A program made the position numbers and the translations under genes. Source: Synergistales bacterium (GTDB lineage: Bacteria > Synergistota > Synergistia > Synergistales > JAFGMB01). From it: a stretch of 64,000 bases of DNA. Shown one piece after another: positions 1 through 12,455 of this stretch (the stretch's first letter is position 1; every line of letters begins with the position of its first letter). The notes beneath the pieces were generated by a model. That model saw only the letters and a list, made by a program, of their open reading frames with translations. It was not told where the DNA came from and made no database searches. The DNA lies in NCBI GenBank assembly GCA_963666205.1, contig OY762654.1, positions 2,688,001 to 2,752,000 on the forward strand, in the 5' to 3' direction.

Positions 1-2
1 CT

Positions 3-950
3 GTAAAACATTATAAGGGACCCCGCTTCAGGAAGGGATATATTATCCGGAAAGAGGACCTGGTGATTCTTAAGAGAATGGGCAGGGAGTATCTGAACAT
101 GATCATCCTGCAGGAAGGTGAAGTTCATGAGGAGAATGCGGCCTTAAGACTCGGCAGTTCCATGTTAGGGCCGGGGGTTTTCCTTGAAGGTCCATCAGAA
201 GGTAAATGCATAATAAAAGCTGCCCATAAGGGGATCTTGACATTTAACCCGGAAAAGGTCCTCATGATCAATAGGGTAGGAGAATGGATAATATCCACTT
301 TGAATCCTTATGAAAGAGTTGAAAAAGATCAGCCCTTGGCAGGGTTTCGAGTCTTACCTCTGGCGGTACATGAAGATACAGTGTTAAGGGCGATCGATGT
401 GGCCTGTTCTTTCGAGGTGATACCTTTCAAGGATTTTCATGTTGGCCTTGTTACAGTTGGTAACGAGCTCGCTGAATCAATCATCAATGACGCTTTCAGA
501 CCAATGCTTGAAAAAAAACTCTATTCTCTGGGAGGTAGCCTCAAAAACCAGTTGATAGTTCACGACAGAGAGATTGAGATCGTTAAAGCGATCGAGGATT
601 TCTACCGCTCAGGATGCGATATCATCCTATGTTCTGGTGGGATGAGCGTAGATGCCGATGATAGAACTCCTTTTGCAATAAGATCCTGTTGTGACGAAGT
701 TCTTTTTCAGGGAATACCTGTTCTACCAGGTTCAATGCTTATGTTGGCTCGAAAAGGAAACTGCTTTCTTATTGGAGTCCCGGCCTGTGTTGTCCATAAT
801 GAGCGAACCAGTCTTGATCCGGTTCTGGAAAGGTTATTCGCAGGATTGGTCCCTGATAGTTCTACTGTGGCGTCCTGGGGAGTTGGTGGACTTTGCAGGA
901 ACTGCGAGATTTGCAACTACCCCCACTGTTCTTTTTCTGTAAGGCCATAA
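3..950 (+). CDS. Molybdopterin-binding (MoeA/MoCF_biosynth-like) protein, 5'-truncated by window edge
   Basis: Frame is open from position 3 (VKHYKGPRFRKG...); SGGMSVDADDRTP and PVLPG motifs; C-terminal CxxCxxCxxPxC tail. Confidence 0.75.
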   Translation, partial: VKHYKGPRFRKGYIIRKEDLVILKRMGREYLNMIILQEGEVHEENAALRLGSSMLGPGVFLEGPSEGKCIIKAAHKGILTFNPEKVLMINRVGEWIISTLNPYERVEKDQPLAGFRVLPLAVHEDTVLRAIDVACSFEVIPFKDFHVGLVTVGNELAESIINDAFRPMLEKKLYSLGGSLKNQLIVHDREIEIVKAIEDFYRSGCDIILCSGGMSVDADDRTPFAIRSCCDEVLFQGIPVLPGSMLMLARKGNCFLIGVPACVVHNERTSLDPVLERLFAGLVPDSSTVASWGVGGLCRNCEICNYPHCSFSVRP

Positions 951-1041
951 TTAAAGGGGCTCTATTCCAGAGCACTAATCTAACGAAACGGGTAATTGTT
1001 TATTATCTTCAATATGGAAATAATGTTTCTCTAAGGAGGAA

Positions 1042-2175
1042 ATGATCATTCCGCTAGTTGATGTTTCTGCCATTATCCTGGCAGCCGGATTTTCTTCCAG
1101 AATGAGTAAATTTAAACCCTTGATACAAATTGGAGGGGAAACCTGTATTTCAAGAGCCGTGTCAGGTCTGAGAGAGGCAGGTGTTTCAGACATTATTGTA
1201 GTTGCGGGCTTCATGGCAGGCAAGGTAATTGCCGAAGCTCTATCTCTTGGATGCAGGCCAGTTGAAAATAAAAATTTCCAAAAAGGGATGTTCTCTTCTG
1301 TCCGGGAAGGGGTAAGATATATTCCTTCTAGAAGCAAGGCATTTTTTGTCCTTCCGGTAGATATTCCAATGATCAGACCGGAAACTTTCAGAAAACTGAT
1401 CTTTTCCATGGATGATAAATACGATATAGCTCATCCAGTATTTCTGGGCGAAAGAGGGCATCCTCCTTTGCTTGCAGCCAGACTGGGAAAAGTTATTGTT
1501 TCCATGCCTTATGATAATGCTCTGAATCGCATACTCGAACAAAATGAAACAAGGTCCATTTTTGTTAAGGTTACAGATGAGTTTACTACCATGGATATGG
1601 ATACGCCTGAAGATCTTGAAAGAATGAAAGAAAGGGTAAGAAAGGATCATATACCGTCCGCAAAAGAGTTAGTAGCCCTTCTTGAAATGTTTTCATGCCC
1701 CGAGAATGTGATCAACCACGGAAAGAGAGTAACTGATGTAGCTGAATTGATAGCTGGCGAAATTAATGAGAAACAACATAACAAGATCGATATCCCTCTC
1801 TTGAAAGCTGCAGCCCTGCTTCATGATATTGCAAAGGGAAAGGGAAATCACCCATTGGCAGGAGCTGCCCTTTTACGGGAAAATGGATTTAGTCGAGTTG
1901 CTGATATTGTTGAGACACATCAGGACCTTGGAAAGAAGGATTTTTATCCTGTTGATGAACACTCCGTACTTTATCTTGCTGATAAATTTGTTGCAGGAAC
2001 CGAAATTGTAAGTCTGGAAGAAAGGTTTAATCGGACTTTATCAAAGTTTTCATCAGATATCCAGGCAAAAAATACAGTTATCAGAAGATATTGTGTTGCC
2101 CTTAAAGTGAGGGATGAAGCCGAGCAGCTAATAGGCAGATCTCTGGACAGAGCATTTTTCAGTCAGGTGATCTGA
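1042..2175 (+). CDS. MobA/MocA-like NTP transferase fused to an HD domain
   Basis: ILAAGFSSRM, VDIP, GHPP and DMDTPED motifs, then ALLHDIAK HD motif; AGGAGG RBS. Confidence 0.85.
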   Translation: MIIPLVDVSAIILAAGFSSRMSKFKPLIQIGGETCISRAVSGLREAGVSDIIVVAGFMAGKVIAEALSLGCRPVENKNFQKGMFSSVREGVRYIPSRSKAFFVLPVDIPMIRPETFRKLIFSMDDKYDIAHPVFLGERGHPPLLAARLGKVIVSMPYDNALNRILEQNETRSIFVKVTDEFTTMDMDTPEDLERMKERVRKDHIPSAKELVALLEMFSCPENVINHGKRVTDVAELIAGEINEKQHNKIDIPLLKAAALLHDIAKGKGNHPLAGAALLRENGFSRVADIVETHQDLGKKDFYPVDEHSVLYLADKFVAGTEIVSLEERFNRTLSKFSSDIQAKNTVIRRYCVALKVRDEAEQLIGRSLDRAFFSQVI

Positions 2176-2194
2176 TCAAAAAGGAGGGACAGGA

Positions 2195-3004
2195 ATGACA
2201 CCTGAAATACTAAATGCCATTGAGCAGGCTCTCTCGTCAGGAAAGAGAGGAGTCCTATGTACGGTAATAGAGAAAGATGGATCTACTCCTTGTAATACAG
2301 GTTCCAAAATGTGGGTAAACCCGGATGGAAGTATTATAGGAACAGTAGGTGGAGGGACGACTGAACATATGGTGAAGAGGGAAGCCCTTAATATCCTGTC
2401 CGGTACGGAAGGTTCACGTCTTATCAAAGGTGCTTTCTCCAGTGAATCAGTGTCAGATGATGCATCTCTGTGTGGGGGTAATACGTCAATTTATCTTGAA
2501 GTCATCGGGAACAGAAATGAAATCGTGATCTTTGGTGCAGGCCATGTAGGGAAAGCTATAGCTTTAGCAGCTGACCTTTGCGGGTTTCCGGTTCTTGTGT
2601 GGGATGACAGGGAGGAATATGCAAATTCGGATAATATCCCGGTAGGCAAGAAGATATGCTGTCCTCTCAGGGAGTGTAAAGAGCATATTGAATTACATCA
2701 TGGATCTTATGTAATAGTATGTACCAGAGGACATTCTCTTGATGGAGCGGTTCTTGAAATGATTCAGAACATAAAAACAGCATATGTGGGGATGCTAGCT
2801 TCAACCCGCAAGACAGAACAGCTGAGGCAGAAATTGATCTCCCGAGGAGTTTCGATGGAATTTCTTGACAGTATACATACTCCCGTGGGTCTTCCCGTAA
2901 ATGCAGATTCTCCCCGGGAGATAGCTGTTTCAGTTATTGCTGAGATCATAGCCGTAAAGAACGGTGCAGATCTTGAAGTGCTGAGCCGGAGGACTGGAAA
3001 ATAA
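2195..3004 (+). CDS. XdhC/CoxI family molybdoenzyme accessory protein
   Basis: GSTP, GTVGGG, CGG, IFGAGHVG, TRGH, PVGL and SPREIA motifs. Confidence 0.9.
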   Translation: MTPEILNAIEQALSSGKRGVLCTVIEKDGSTPCNTGSKMWVNPDGSIIGTVGGGTTEHMVKREALNILSGTEGSRLIKGAFSSESVSDDASLCGGNTSIYLEVIGNRNEIVIFGAGHVGKAIALAADLCGFPVLVWDDREEYANSDNIPVGKKICCPLRECKEHIELHHGSYVIVCTRGHSLDGAVLEMIQNIKTAYVGMLASTRKTEQLRQKLISRGVSMEFLDSIHTPVGLPVNADSPREIAVSVIAEIIAVKNGADLEVLSRRTGK

Positions 3005-3034
3005 CATGATCAATAGTTATAATTTACCAATTCG

Positions 3035-3066
3035 GTAGATCCTGTTCCAGAAACAGGATCTACTTT
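3035..3066 (+). terminator. Intrinsic terminator
   Basis: gtagatcctgtt-ccaga-aacaggatctac stem followed by ttt. Confidence 0.65.
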
Positions 3067-3122
3067 CATGTTATGCCGGTATCTTTATAAAAAGTGATCC
3101 TTTCAGGAGAGGGGTTCGTAAA

Positions 3123-4448
3123 TTGTTTAAATTTTGCATGAAAGTATATGGATGTCAGATGAATGTTTATGATGCTGACAAGATCTCTACAGAACTGCTT
3201 GATCGGGGTTGGGTGGAATCTGCAGAAGAAGCAGCAGATTCTGTGATCTATGTAGGATGCAGTATAAGGGATAAAGCAGAGCATAAAGTCTGGAGTCAGC
3301 TTGGGAGATATTCTGATAGATGGGAAAAAGAACATAAACCCAGCGTTGCTGTGCTGGGGTGCATTGCCCAGAATGTCGGGAAGCAAATGGCAGAAAGATT
3401 TCCATGGGTTGAGCTGATAGCGGGACCAAGACATATCGGGATGATTCCCGATGCTCTTATGGAAGTGGTTGGGTCAAGGAAGAAGAAAGTTCTGCTGGAT
3501 GAAGATCAGAGATTGTTCATGGATCTGGAAACAGCCCCTTTAAAAAGGGATAATCCTTGGAAAGCATTTCTTACCATAGCTCACGGTTGTGATAATTTCT
3601 GTACCTATTGTATTGTTCCCTTCGTGCGAGGAAGATTCGTGTCACGTATCCCTGAGGAAATAATAGCCGAAGCCGAAACACTTGTTCAGGACGGGGTAAA
3701 GGAAATAACCCTCCTTGGACAGAATGTCAACAGTTATGGTACTGACTTCACAAATGGCTACAGGTTTTCCGACCTCCTCAGAGACGTGTCTTCTATTAGT
3801 GGACTCAGGCTTTTAAGATTTGTCACCTCCCATCCAAAGGATTTTACCGAGGATATTATTGAGGTTATGGAACAGAATCCAGTAATATGTCCCGGGATAA
3901 ACCTTCCCATACAGTCGGGAAGTGACAGGATCCTCCGGAAGATGAACAGGAAATATGATCTTGCTACATATACTGCTACCGTAGATATGATAAGGAAAAG
4001 ACTTCCTGATGTCGGATTGACCAGTGATCTCATAGTAGGGTTCCCGGGTGAAACTGAGGAAGATTTCAATGATTCCCTGAAAGCTCTGGAGAAATTCAGA
4101 TTTGATCTGGTTCACACAGCTGCTTATTCTCCAAGAGAAGGTACCTCTGCAGCTACCATGGAGGAGCAGCTATCTGAAGCTGAAAAAAAACGACGTCTCA
4201 ATCTTGTCAATGATCTGCAGTCAAAGATAGCTTTTGAAATTAACCAGCAGCTTGTGGGTAAAAAGTATATTCTCCTCGTGGATGGAAAAGCACCCAAGGG
4301 AGAATCTCTTTTTCAGGGAAGAACACCTTCCGATAAGGTCGTGCTTTTCGATTCTGATGATGGGAGCCTTGGGCGTTTTGCTGAAGTAGAAATAACAAGG
4401 GCTGAACATTGGTGTCTTCATGGCAGAATCTTGAATTTTCTTGATTAG
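3123..4448 (+). CDS. miaB: tRNA-2-methylthio-N6-dimethylallyladenosine synthase (radical SAM methylthiotransferase)
   Basis: GCQMNVYD, CSIRDKAE, GCDNFCTYCIVP, YSPREGT motifs and C-terminal TRAM domain. Confidence 0.93.
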   Translation: MFKFCMKVYGCQMNVYDADKISTELLDRGWVESAEEAADSVIYVGCSIRDKAEHKVWSQLGRYSDRWEKEHKPSVAVLGCIAQNVGKQMAERFPWVELIAGPRHIGMIPDALMEVVGSRKKKVLLDEDQRLFMDLETAPLKRDNPWKAFLTIAHGCDNFCTYCIVPFVRGRFVSRIPEEIIAEAETLVQDGVKEITLLGQNVNSYGTDFTNGYRFSDLLRDVSSISGLRLLRFVTSHPKDFTEDIIEVMEQNPVICPGINLPIQSGSDRILRKMNRKYDLATYTATVDMIRKRLPDVGLTSDLIVGFPGETEEDFNDSLKALEKFRFDLVHTAAYSPREGTSAATMEEQLSEAEKKRRLNLVNDLQSKIAFEINQQLVGKKYILLVDGKAPKGESLFQGRTPSDKVVLFDSDDGSLGRFAEVEITRAEHWCLHGRILNFLD

Positions 4449-4522
4449 AGACTGGATGATTCAGGATCATCCATGATTTTTTCAGTTCTTTATGACTTTC
4501 ATAATACTGGAGGGATTGTCTT

Positions 4523-5191
4523 TTGTTTACGAGAAAAAGAACTGCTATATTCTTTTTTCTTGGAGGAATGGGCTGTTTTATTCTTGCGGCATTAGTTGTA
4601 TGGCATTTTACCGGTAAATTTGTCAGTTCTGGGCCCACTACAGTTGCTGGTCCCATGCCGGAACAGATGGAAGTGGTATCTTCCAACAGCGAGGCCAGGG
4701 AAAATAATGGGAAAAGCCAGCCTTCAAAATGGGTGATTTACATAACAGGTTCTATAAAAGTACCTGGAGTTTATGAGATAGAATCAGGATCGAGAGTGTA
4801 TCAGGCTGTCGATAAAGCTGGAGGGCTGACTTCTGAAGCAGATCCGGTTGCAATAAATATGGCTTCTGCACTGGCTGATGGTATGCATGTTCATGTACCT
4901 TCCCTGAAAGAAAGATCGAATTCTCCGGACCCAGGTATGTCTTCTACTCCAATCGGAAAAATCAGCCACTCTTATAGCAGTAATGAGCAGGGAAAAACCG
5001 ATATCAACAGGGCAGATCTTTCCGAGTTGCAGAGCCTTCCTGGGATTGGTCCGAAAACTGCAGAAAATATCCTTTCTTATAGAAAAGAAAGGGGATGTTT
5101 CAGTTCAGTAGAGGAGTTACTCAAAGTCAAGGGTATCGGTCCTAAAAAGCTTGAGGCTATAAAGGATTGTGTTACTTGCCATCCAAGGTAA
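4523..5191 (+). CDS. comEA: ComEA family DNA-binding competence protein
   Basis: N-terminal TM, SLBB domain (YITGSIKVPGVY), helix-hairpin-helix motifs (LPGIGPKTA, VKGIGPK). Confidence 0.88.
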   Translation: MFTRKRTAIFFFLGGMGCFILAALVVWHFTGKFVSSGPTTVAGPMPEQMEVVSSNSEARENNGKSQPSKWVIYITGSIKVPGVYEIESGSRVYQAVDKAGGLTSEADPVAINMASALADGMHVHVPSLKERSNSPDPGMSSTPIGKISHSYSSNEQGKTDINRADLSELQSLPGIGPKTAENILSYRKERGCFSSVEELLKVKGIGPKKLEAIKDCVTCHPR

Positions 5192-6624
5192 CATCTCTGA
5201 GTAAAGCTCCAGCTCTGTTTATACTTACTGGCATATGTTCTGCCATACTGCTTTACGATGCTGGTTTACCTTTTATTGTGAGTCCCTTGATCGGTGGAGT
5301 TCTTTCTTTTGGAATGATACTGTTTTCTTCAAGGGGGACGGTGAAAGGTTTCTGGGCTTTTTCCTTTCTGATCCTTATACTCTCTGTTTCCATGGGATAT
5401 TTTTCTCTTTTCAGGTTAGAACAGAACCACGTGGAGAACAGGTATGTCCGGATGAAGGGACATGTCCTTTCTGAGAGAGCATGGGGAGGCAAGAGAGCCA
5501 TTATACTTTCTCTGGATGGGAACAGGTATATGGCTAAAGTATCTCCGGAAAAAGGCTACAGTGAGGGGGATACCCTTTTTATCACAGGTTATATTATTCC
5601 CATGAAGAGTTCTTTGAAAAATCCTGGTGGCTTTAGAGAGGACATGTACTGGAAGGCAAAAGGTGTCAAGGGAGAATATCTTCCTGAATCAATGAAATTG
5701 CTTTCTTCTTCCGGGAAGGATATCCATAGCTGGAGGAGTTACCTACGTCGGGAGATCCTTCTGTCCCTTCCAGAAAAGACAAGAGGATATATGCTCGCTT
5801 CATGGCTTGGGGCAAAAGATCCCGACCTGGTGCAGATCCATTCTACCTCCGGAACTGTCCATTTGCTGGCTGTTTCCGGTTTTCACGTGGCCATACTTGC
5901 ATCTGGGCTCTTCTTGATATTTCGGAATTTTCCCGCCTGTAATATTATCATTTCTCTTTTTCTCTGGCTCTATGTAGCTCTCACAGGTTTTGCTCCCAGT
6001 GCTTCAAGAGCATCCATGATGCTCCAGCTTGTGCTGATTTCCAGATTCTTTGGAAGACCGGTAACGCCGATTAATTCTGTTTCTGTAGCAGGAGTGATAA
6101 TGCTCTCTTTGAATCCCTTCTGTTTCTGGGACCTGGGCTGGAGATTATCAATGGTAGCGTCATTGACGATCTCTGCTTTCATTGAACTTGAGTTTCATAA
6201 AAGGATCAAGGTTCTTCTGATAAGTCCCATAGTATGGTTAAGTACATCTGCTCTTATAATTTCATCTTTTGGACAGGTCCCCCTTTCAGGGATAGTCTTT
6301 AACCTGTTCACCATCCCCCTTTTCGGAATACTTCTTCCTCTTGCCAGCATTATATCCGTCCTGGTGCTCTTGGGGTTTCCCTATGCCGATCTATTTTCTA
6401 GTGCTTGTGAGATACCCTTCCTGGCATGGGAAAATGTGGCTCATTTTTTCTGTTTCCTGTTTCCATATTCCACGCGATCGAACTGGCTTGTTATTACCAC
6501 GTCGGTGTTAACCTTTTTTACCGTTATCTTGAGAAGTATAAGTTATAATTTTTACCGCTCTATCTCTGCTTCATGTGTGGTTATAATTTTTCTGGCTTTT
6601 CTTTATAAATATATTGTGGTGTAA
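5167..6624 (+). CDS. comEC: ComEC/Rec2 family competence channel (no C-terminal beta-lactamase domain)
   Basis: HLLAVSGFHV and PSASRA motifs, many TM segments, follows comEA. Confidence 0.85.
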   Translation: MCYLPSKVTSLSKAPALFILTGICSAILLYDAGLPFIVSPLIGGVLSFGMILFSSRGTVKGFWAFSFLILILSVSMGYFSLFRLEQNHVENRYVRMKGHVLSERAWGGKRAIILSLDGNRYMAKVSPEKGYSEGDTLFITGYIIPMKSSLKNPGGFREDMYWKAKGVKGEYLPESMKLLSSSGKDIHSWRSYLRREILLSLPEKTRGYMLASWLGAKDPDLVQIHSTSGTVHLLAVSGFHVAILASGLFLIFRNFPACNIIISLFLWLYVALTGFAPSASRASMMLQLVLISRFFGRPVTPINSVSVAGVIMLSLNPFCFWDLGWRLSMVASLTISAFIELEFHKRIKVLLISPIVWLSTSALIISSFGQVPLSGIVFNLFTIPLFGILLPLASIISVLVLLGFPYADLFSSACEIPFLAWENVAHFFCFLFPYSTRSNWLVITTSVLTFFTVILRSISYNFYRSISASCVVIIFLAFLYKYIVV

Positions 6625-6675
6625 TAGTGCTTTATTGTAAATTTTCCGTATTGGAAGTTATTTGGAGGGATTGGA

Positions 6676-7470
6676 TTGCTTCTGGTAATTGATGTTGGTA
6701 ACAGTAATACTGTAATAGGAATATATGACGGGTTGGAACTCCTGACACACTGGAGACTCATATCCAAGGGCAGGACGGCAGATGAAATAGGTGTCTATCT
6801 TCTTAATCTGCTTGCAACCGTATCGATAAAACCAGATGAAATCAAAGGAGCCATACTCTCAAGCGTTGTTCCTCCCCTTGATGCGGTTATCAGGGAAGGA
6901 GTGCAGAACTATCTCGGGATCGATTGCATGAGAGTTTCATCTGACATTGATCTTGGAATTGAAATAAGATATGCATCTCCCTCTGAAGTCGGTGCAGACC
7001 GCCTTGTTAATGCAGTTGCAGGGGTTAAAAAGCATGGTACTCCTTTGATAATAGTGGATTTTGGCACAGCCATTACGCTCGATATCATTTCACCGGATGG
7101 AGCTTACCTTGGAGGAACAATATCGCCAGGACTGGTTACGGGCATGGAGGCGCTTTTCGGTCAAACAGCGAAACTCCCCCAGGTTTCTCTTGAAGCTCCA
7201 TCGACTGTGATCGGTAATAATACCATCGGTTCGATTCAGGCTGGTATAATGTATGGAAATGCAGGTCTTGTCGATTTCCTTGTCACCAAGGCATGGGATG
7301 AGTTGGGTCAACAAGGGAAAGTAATAGCAACTGGAGGCCATGCTGGCAAGATCGCAGCGCTTTCCAGGACCATAGATCTCGTTGATCCTTGGATTACACT
7401 TGAAGGATTAAGAATGATCTTCTGCCGTAATTATCCCGATCCAGAAGCCAAATCCGTTCTGGAAAACTGA
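6676..7470 (+). CDS. coaX: Type III pantothenate kinase
   Basis: IDVGNSNT, GADR, VDFGTA, GGTISPG, ATGG motifs. Confidence 0.93.
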   Translation: MLLVIDVGNSNTVIGIYDGLELLTHWRLISKGRTADEIGVYLLNLLATVSIKPDEIKGAILSSVVPPLDAVIREGVQNYLGIDCMRVSSDIDLGIEIRYASPSEVGADRLVNAVAGVKKHGTPLIIVDFGTAITLDIISPDGAYLGGTISPGLVTGMEALFGQTAKLPQVSLEAPSTVIGNNTIGSIQAGIMYGNAGLVDFLVTKAWDELGQQGKVIATGGHAGKIAALSRTIDLVDPWITLEGLRMIFCRNYPDPEAKSVLEN

Positions 7471-7481
7471 TTGTTAGAAGA

Positions 7482-8528
7482 ATGTCGGGTAAAACTGATT
7501 CTTTGTATTCTGATAAGCCTTTGAATAAGCCTTCCCTTGAAATAGGTGGAGTAATGGTAAGGAATCCTCTATGGCTTGCACCTCTGGCCGGGATCACCAT
7601 TTCTCCCGTACGGAAATTCTTTGTCTTTCTGGGGACAGGGCTAGTGCACACAGAAATGATAAGTTGTGCAGGCCTTCACAGGGGAAACCATAAAACCGGG
7701 AACATGCTGGAACGTGATCCATATGAAAAACCTCTTGTTCTCCAGTTGTTTGCTGGAGATGTGAAGACGCTTGTCGAAGGGGCAGAAATTGCCCTTCAGA
7801 ATCATTCATTTGCTGCATTGGGAATCAATATGGCTTGTCCCATGCCCAAAGTCCTGAAAAAGGGAGCCGGGTCGAAGCTTTTAGAAAATCCTGGTCTTGC
7901 TGTTGAAATGGTAACTCAGCTCCGTAAGCTCGGTTATCCGGTCTGGCTGAAGATAAGAAAAACTGGAGATCTGCACCCCCTGAGTACTCTCAGTCTTTGC
8001 CAGGAACTTGTCACTGCTGGTGCCAGCCATATCACTATTCATGGAAGAACACCTTCCCAGAGATATGAGGGAGTTTCTGACAGGAATCCAATATATGAGG
8101 CCGCACGTGAATTTCCCGGTTTTATCGGTGCAAGCGGTGATGTATTCAATCCTGAGGATGCTCTTGATTTTCTTGATAGAGGCTGTTCTGCTGTTCTTTT
8201 TGCAAGAGGAGCCCTGAGGGATCCTTTTCTCGTTCCCAGGACTCTGGCAAAAATGGGATATGACGTTGAAGAGAGAATGGTCTACCCATCAACAGGTTTT
8301 CAGGCAGAACTTTTAAAAGAGATGGGTGAAGATATTCGTAACAATTATAATGCTAAAATAGCCGAGATTCTGATCAAACGTTTCCTCTCAGGTATGTTCA
8401 AGGGCATACCTGGTGTAGCAGAGTTCAGAAGACAGTTTGCAATGACACACGGCTGGGATAACCTAAGCCATCTTCTCGATAAATTGCAGGATTTTCTCGA
8501 AAGGAGAGATAATTATGAGTTCAAGTAA
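7482..8528 (+). CDS. dusB: tRNA-dihydrouridine synthase
   Basis: LAPLAG, TEM, INMACP, IHGRT, SGDV motifs. Confidence 0.82.
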   Translation: MSGKTDSLYSDKPLNKPSLEIGGVMVRNPLWLAPLAGITISPVRKFFVFLGTGLVHTEMISCAGLHRGNHKTGNMLERDPYEKPLVLQLFAGDVKTLVEGAEIALQNHSFAALGINMACPMPKVLKKGAGSKLLENPGLAVEMVTQLRKLGYPVWLKIRKTGDLHPLSTLSLCQELVTAGASHITIHGRTPSQRYEGVSDRNPIYEAAREFPGFIGASGDVFNPEDALDFLDRGCSAVLFARGALRDPFLVPRTLAKMGYDVEERMVYPSTGFQAELLKEMGEDIRNNYNAKIAEILIKRFLSGMFKGIPGVAEFRRQFAMTHGWDNLSHLLDKLQDFLERRDNYEFK

Positions 8529-10029
8529 TGAACAGGAAAAATATACGTTACCGGAGGATGAGATCGTCAAGCAGAGGTTGGACAAGTTAACACGCCTCAG
8601 AGAAGAAGAGGGATATGATCCCTTTCTTCACCAGAAGTGGGATAAAAAGCACGATCTGGCCTACGTTCTTAATAAATTTTCTCATCTTGAACCTGACCAG
8701 GGTGAAGAGGATTCCGAAATTGTCACTGCAGGAAGAGTTATGACTTTCAGAAAACACGGCAAGGCCAGTTTTGTTACCCTGGAAGATGAAAATGACCGTC
8801 TTCAGCTTTATTTTCAGTTCAATGCCATGGGCGAAAATAATTACAATTTTGTTAAAAAATGGGTGGATACAGGAGATATTATAGGTGTTAAGGGGCACCC
8901 TTTCAGAACCAGAAGGGGTGAATTGACCCTTTTTGTAACAGAATGCACCCTCCTTTCCAAAGCATTGAGACCTCTACCCGAAAAATGGCATGGACTGAAG
9001 GATGTTGAAACACGTTACAGACAGCGTTATGTAGACCTAATTGCCAATCCGGATGTCAGAGAGGTATTCAGGAAAAGGACGAAGATCATCCAGACATTCC
9101 GAAGAGTCCTGGATGACCATGGGACTCTTGAGGTTGAAACACCTACATTATCTGTACTTGCAGGTGGTGCAAATGCCCGACCGTTCAAAACTTTTCATAA
9201 TGCCCTTGGTGTAGATATGTATTTGAGAATAGCTACAGAACTCTATCTTAAGAGATTGATAGTCGGGATGTTCGGCAGAGTTTATGAGATCGGGAAGAAC
9301 TTTCGAAATGAAGGAATAGATCTTATGCATAATCCTGAGTTCACAGCCATGGAAGTGTACTGGGCCTATGCCAATTATGAAGACATGATGGACCTTACAG
9401 AAGAGATAATAGTTGCCTGTGCAGATGCTATCGGAGAGAGAAAGGTAGATTACCAGGGTACATTGCTTGATCTTACGCCTCCCTTCAAGAGGGCAACCAT
9501 GCTTGATCTCGTGAAAGAGCACTGTGATGTGGATTTCTCCAGTATAACCTCTGATCATGAAGCAAGGAAAATTGCAGAGGGGGCCGGACTGGAAGTTGAA
9601 GGTCATGAGAGCAGATTCATACTTCTTTCGGAGATGTTCGAGGAGTTTGTGGAAGATAAGCTTATTCAGCCTACTTTTGTACTCGGGCATCCAACAGAGA
9701 TATCTCCCCTTGCCAAGAGAGACCCTGAAAATCCGGATTATACTAACCGGTTTGAACTTTTTATTAATGGTTCAGAGATCGCTAATGCATTCAGTGAATT
9801 GAATGATCCTCTGGATCAGAGATCCCGTTTTGAAGATCAGCTCAAAAAGAAGGAAATGGGTGATGAAGAGGCCCATGCCTTTGATGAAGATTTTATAAAT
9901 TCTCTTGAATATGGTCTTCCTCCTACAGGTGGTCTGGGGATCGGTATTGACAGGCTGGTAATGTTCCTTACTAATTCCAGGTCCATAAGAGATGTTATCC
10001 TTTTCCCTACAATGAAGCCGAAGATCTGA
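8515..10029 (+). CDS. lysS: Lysine--tRNA ligase (class II)
   Basis: RYRQRYVDL, FRNEG, HNPEFT, GLPPTGGLGIGIDRL motifs. Confidence 0.97.
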   Translation: MSSSNEQEKYTLPEDEIVKQRLDKLTRLREEEGYDPFLHQKWDKKHDLAYVLNKFSHLEPDQGEEDSEIVTAGRVMTFRKHGKASFVTLEDENDRLQLYFQFNAMGENNYNFVKKWVDTGDIIGVKGHPFRTRRGELTLFVTECTLLSKALRPLPEKWHGLKDVETRYRQRYVDLIANPDVREVFRKRTKIIQTFRRVLDDHGTLEVETPTLSVLAGGANARPFKTFHNALGVDMYLRIATELYLKRLIVGMFGRVYEIGKNFRNEGIDLMHNPEFTAMEVYWAYANYEDMMDLTEEIIVACADAIGERKVDYQGTLLDLTPPFKRATMLDLVKEHCDVDFSSITSDHEARKIAEGAGLEVEGHESRFILLSEMFEEFVEDKLIQPTFVLGHPTEISPLAKRDPENPDYTNRFELFINGSEIANAFSELNDPLDQRSRFEDQLKKKEMGDEEAHAFDEDFINSLEYGLPPTGGLGIGIDRLVMFLTNSRSIRDVILFPTMKPKI

Positions 10030-10038
10030 AGGTTATAA

Positions 10039-12072
<2,034 letters not shown>

Positions 12073-12156
12073 AAATTTAAAACCAATGATTTTATGGATG
12101 CCATATCCTTCAGAAAAGAAAAGGTATGGTTCTTTTCCAAACAGGGAGGAATCTGA

Positions 12157-12450
12157 ATGGCCATATCAGAACAGGAAGTCAGAAAAGTTGCCCTACTGGC
12201 ACGCCTTGAAGTAGATGAAGAGGAAGTCCGATCACTGGCTTACCATTTTGACAGCATTCTTGAGCATTTCAGCAAACTGAATGAGCTGGATCTTGCAAAT
12301 ATTGATCCATTTGTAATGGATGAAACCCGGACCCCTCTCAGAGAAGACGTGGTAGAAAAATGGGAATTTAGAGAAGATGCTCTTAAAGAAGCTCCTCACA
12401 GGGACGGAGATTTTTTCCGGGTTCCACGAATTATCAGTGAGGAGGGGTAG
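12157..12450 (+). CDS. gatC: Asp/Glu-tRNA amidotransferase subunit C
   Basis: VALLARL, LREDV, FFRVPRI; upstream of gatA. Confidence 0.93.
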   Translation: MAISEQEVRKVALLARLEVDEEEVRSLAYHFDSILEHFSKLNELDLANIDPFVMDETRTPLREDVVEKWEFREDALKEAPHRDGDFFRVPRIISEEG

Positions 12451-12455
12451 AGAAT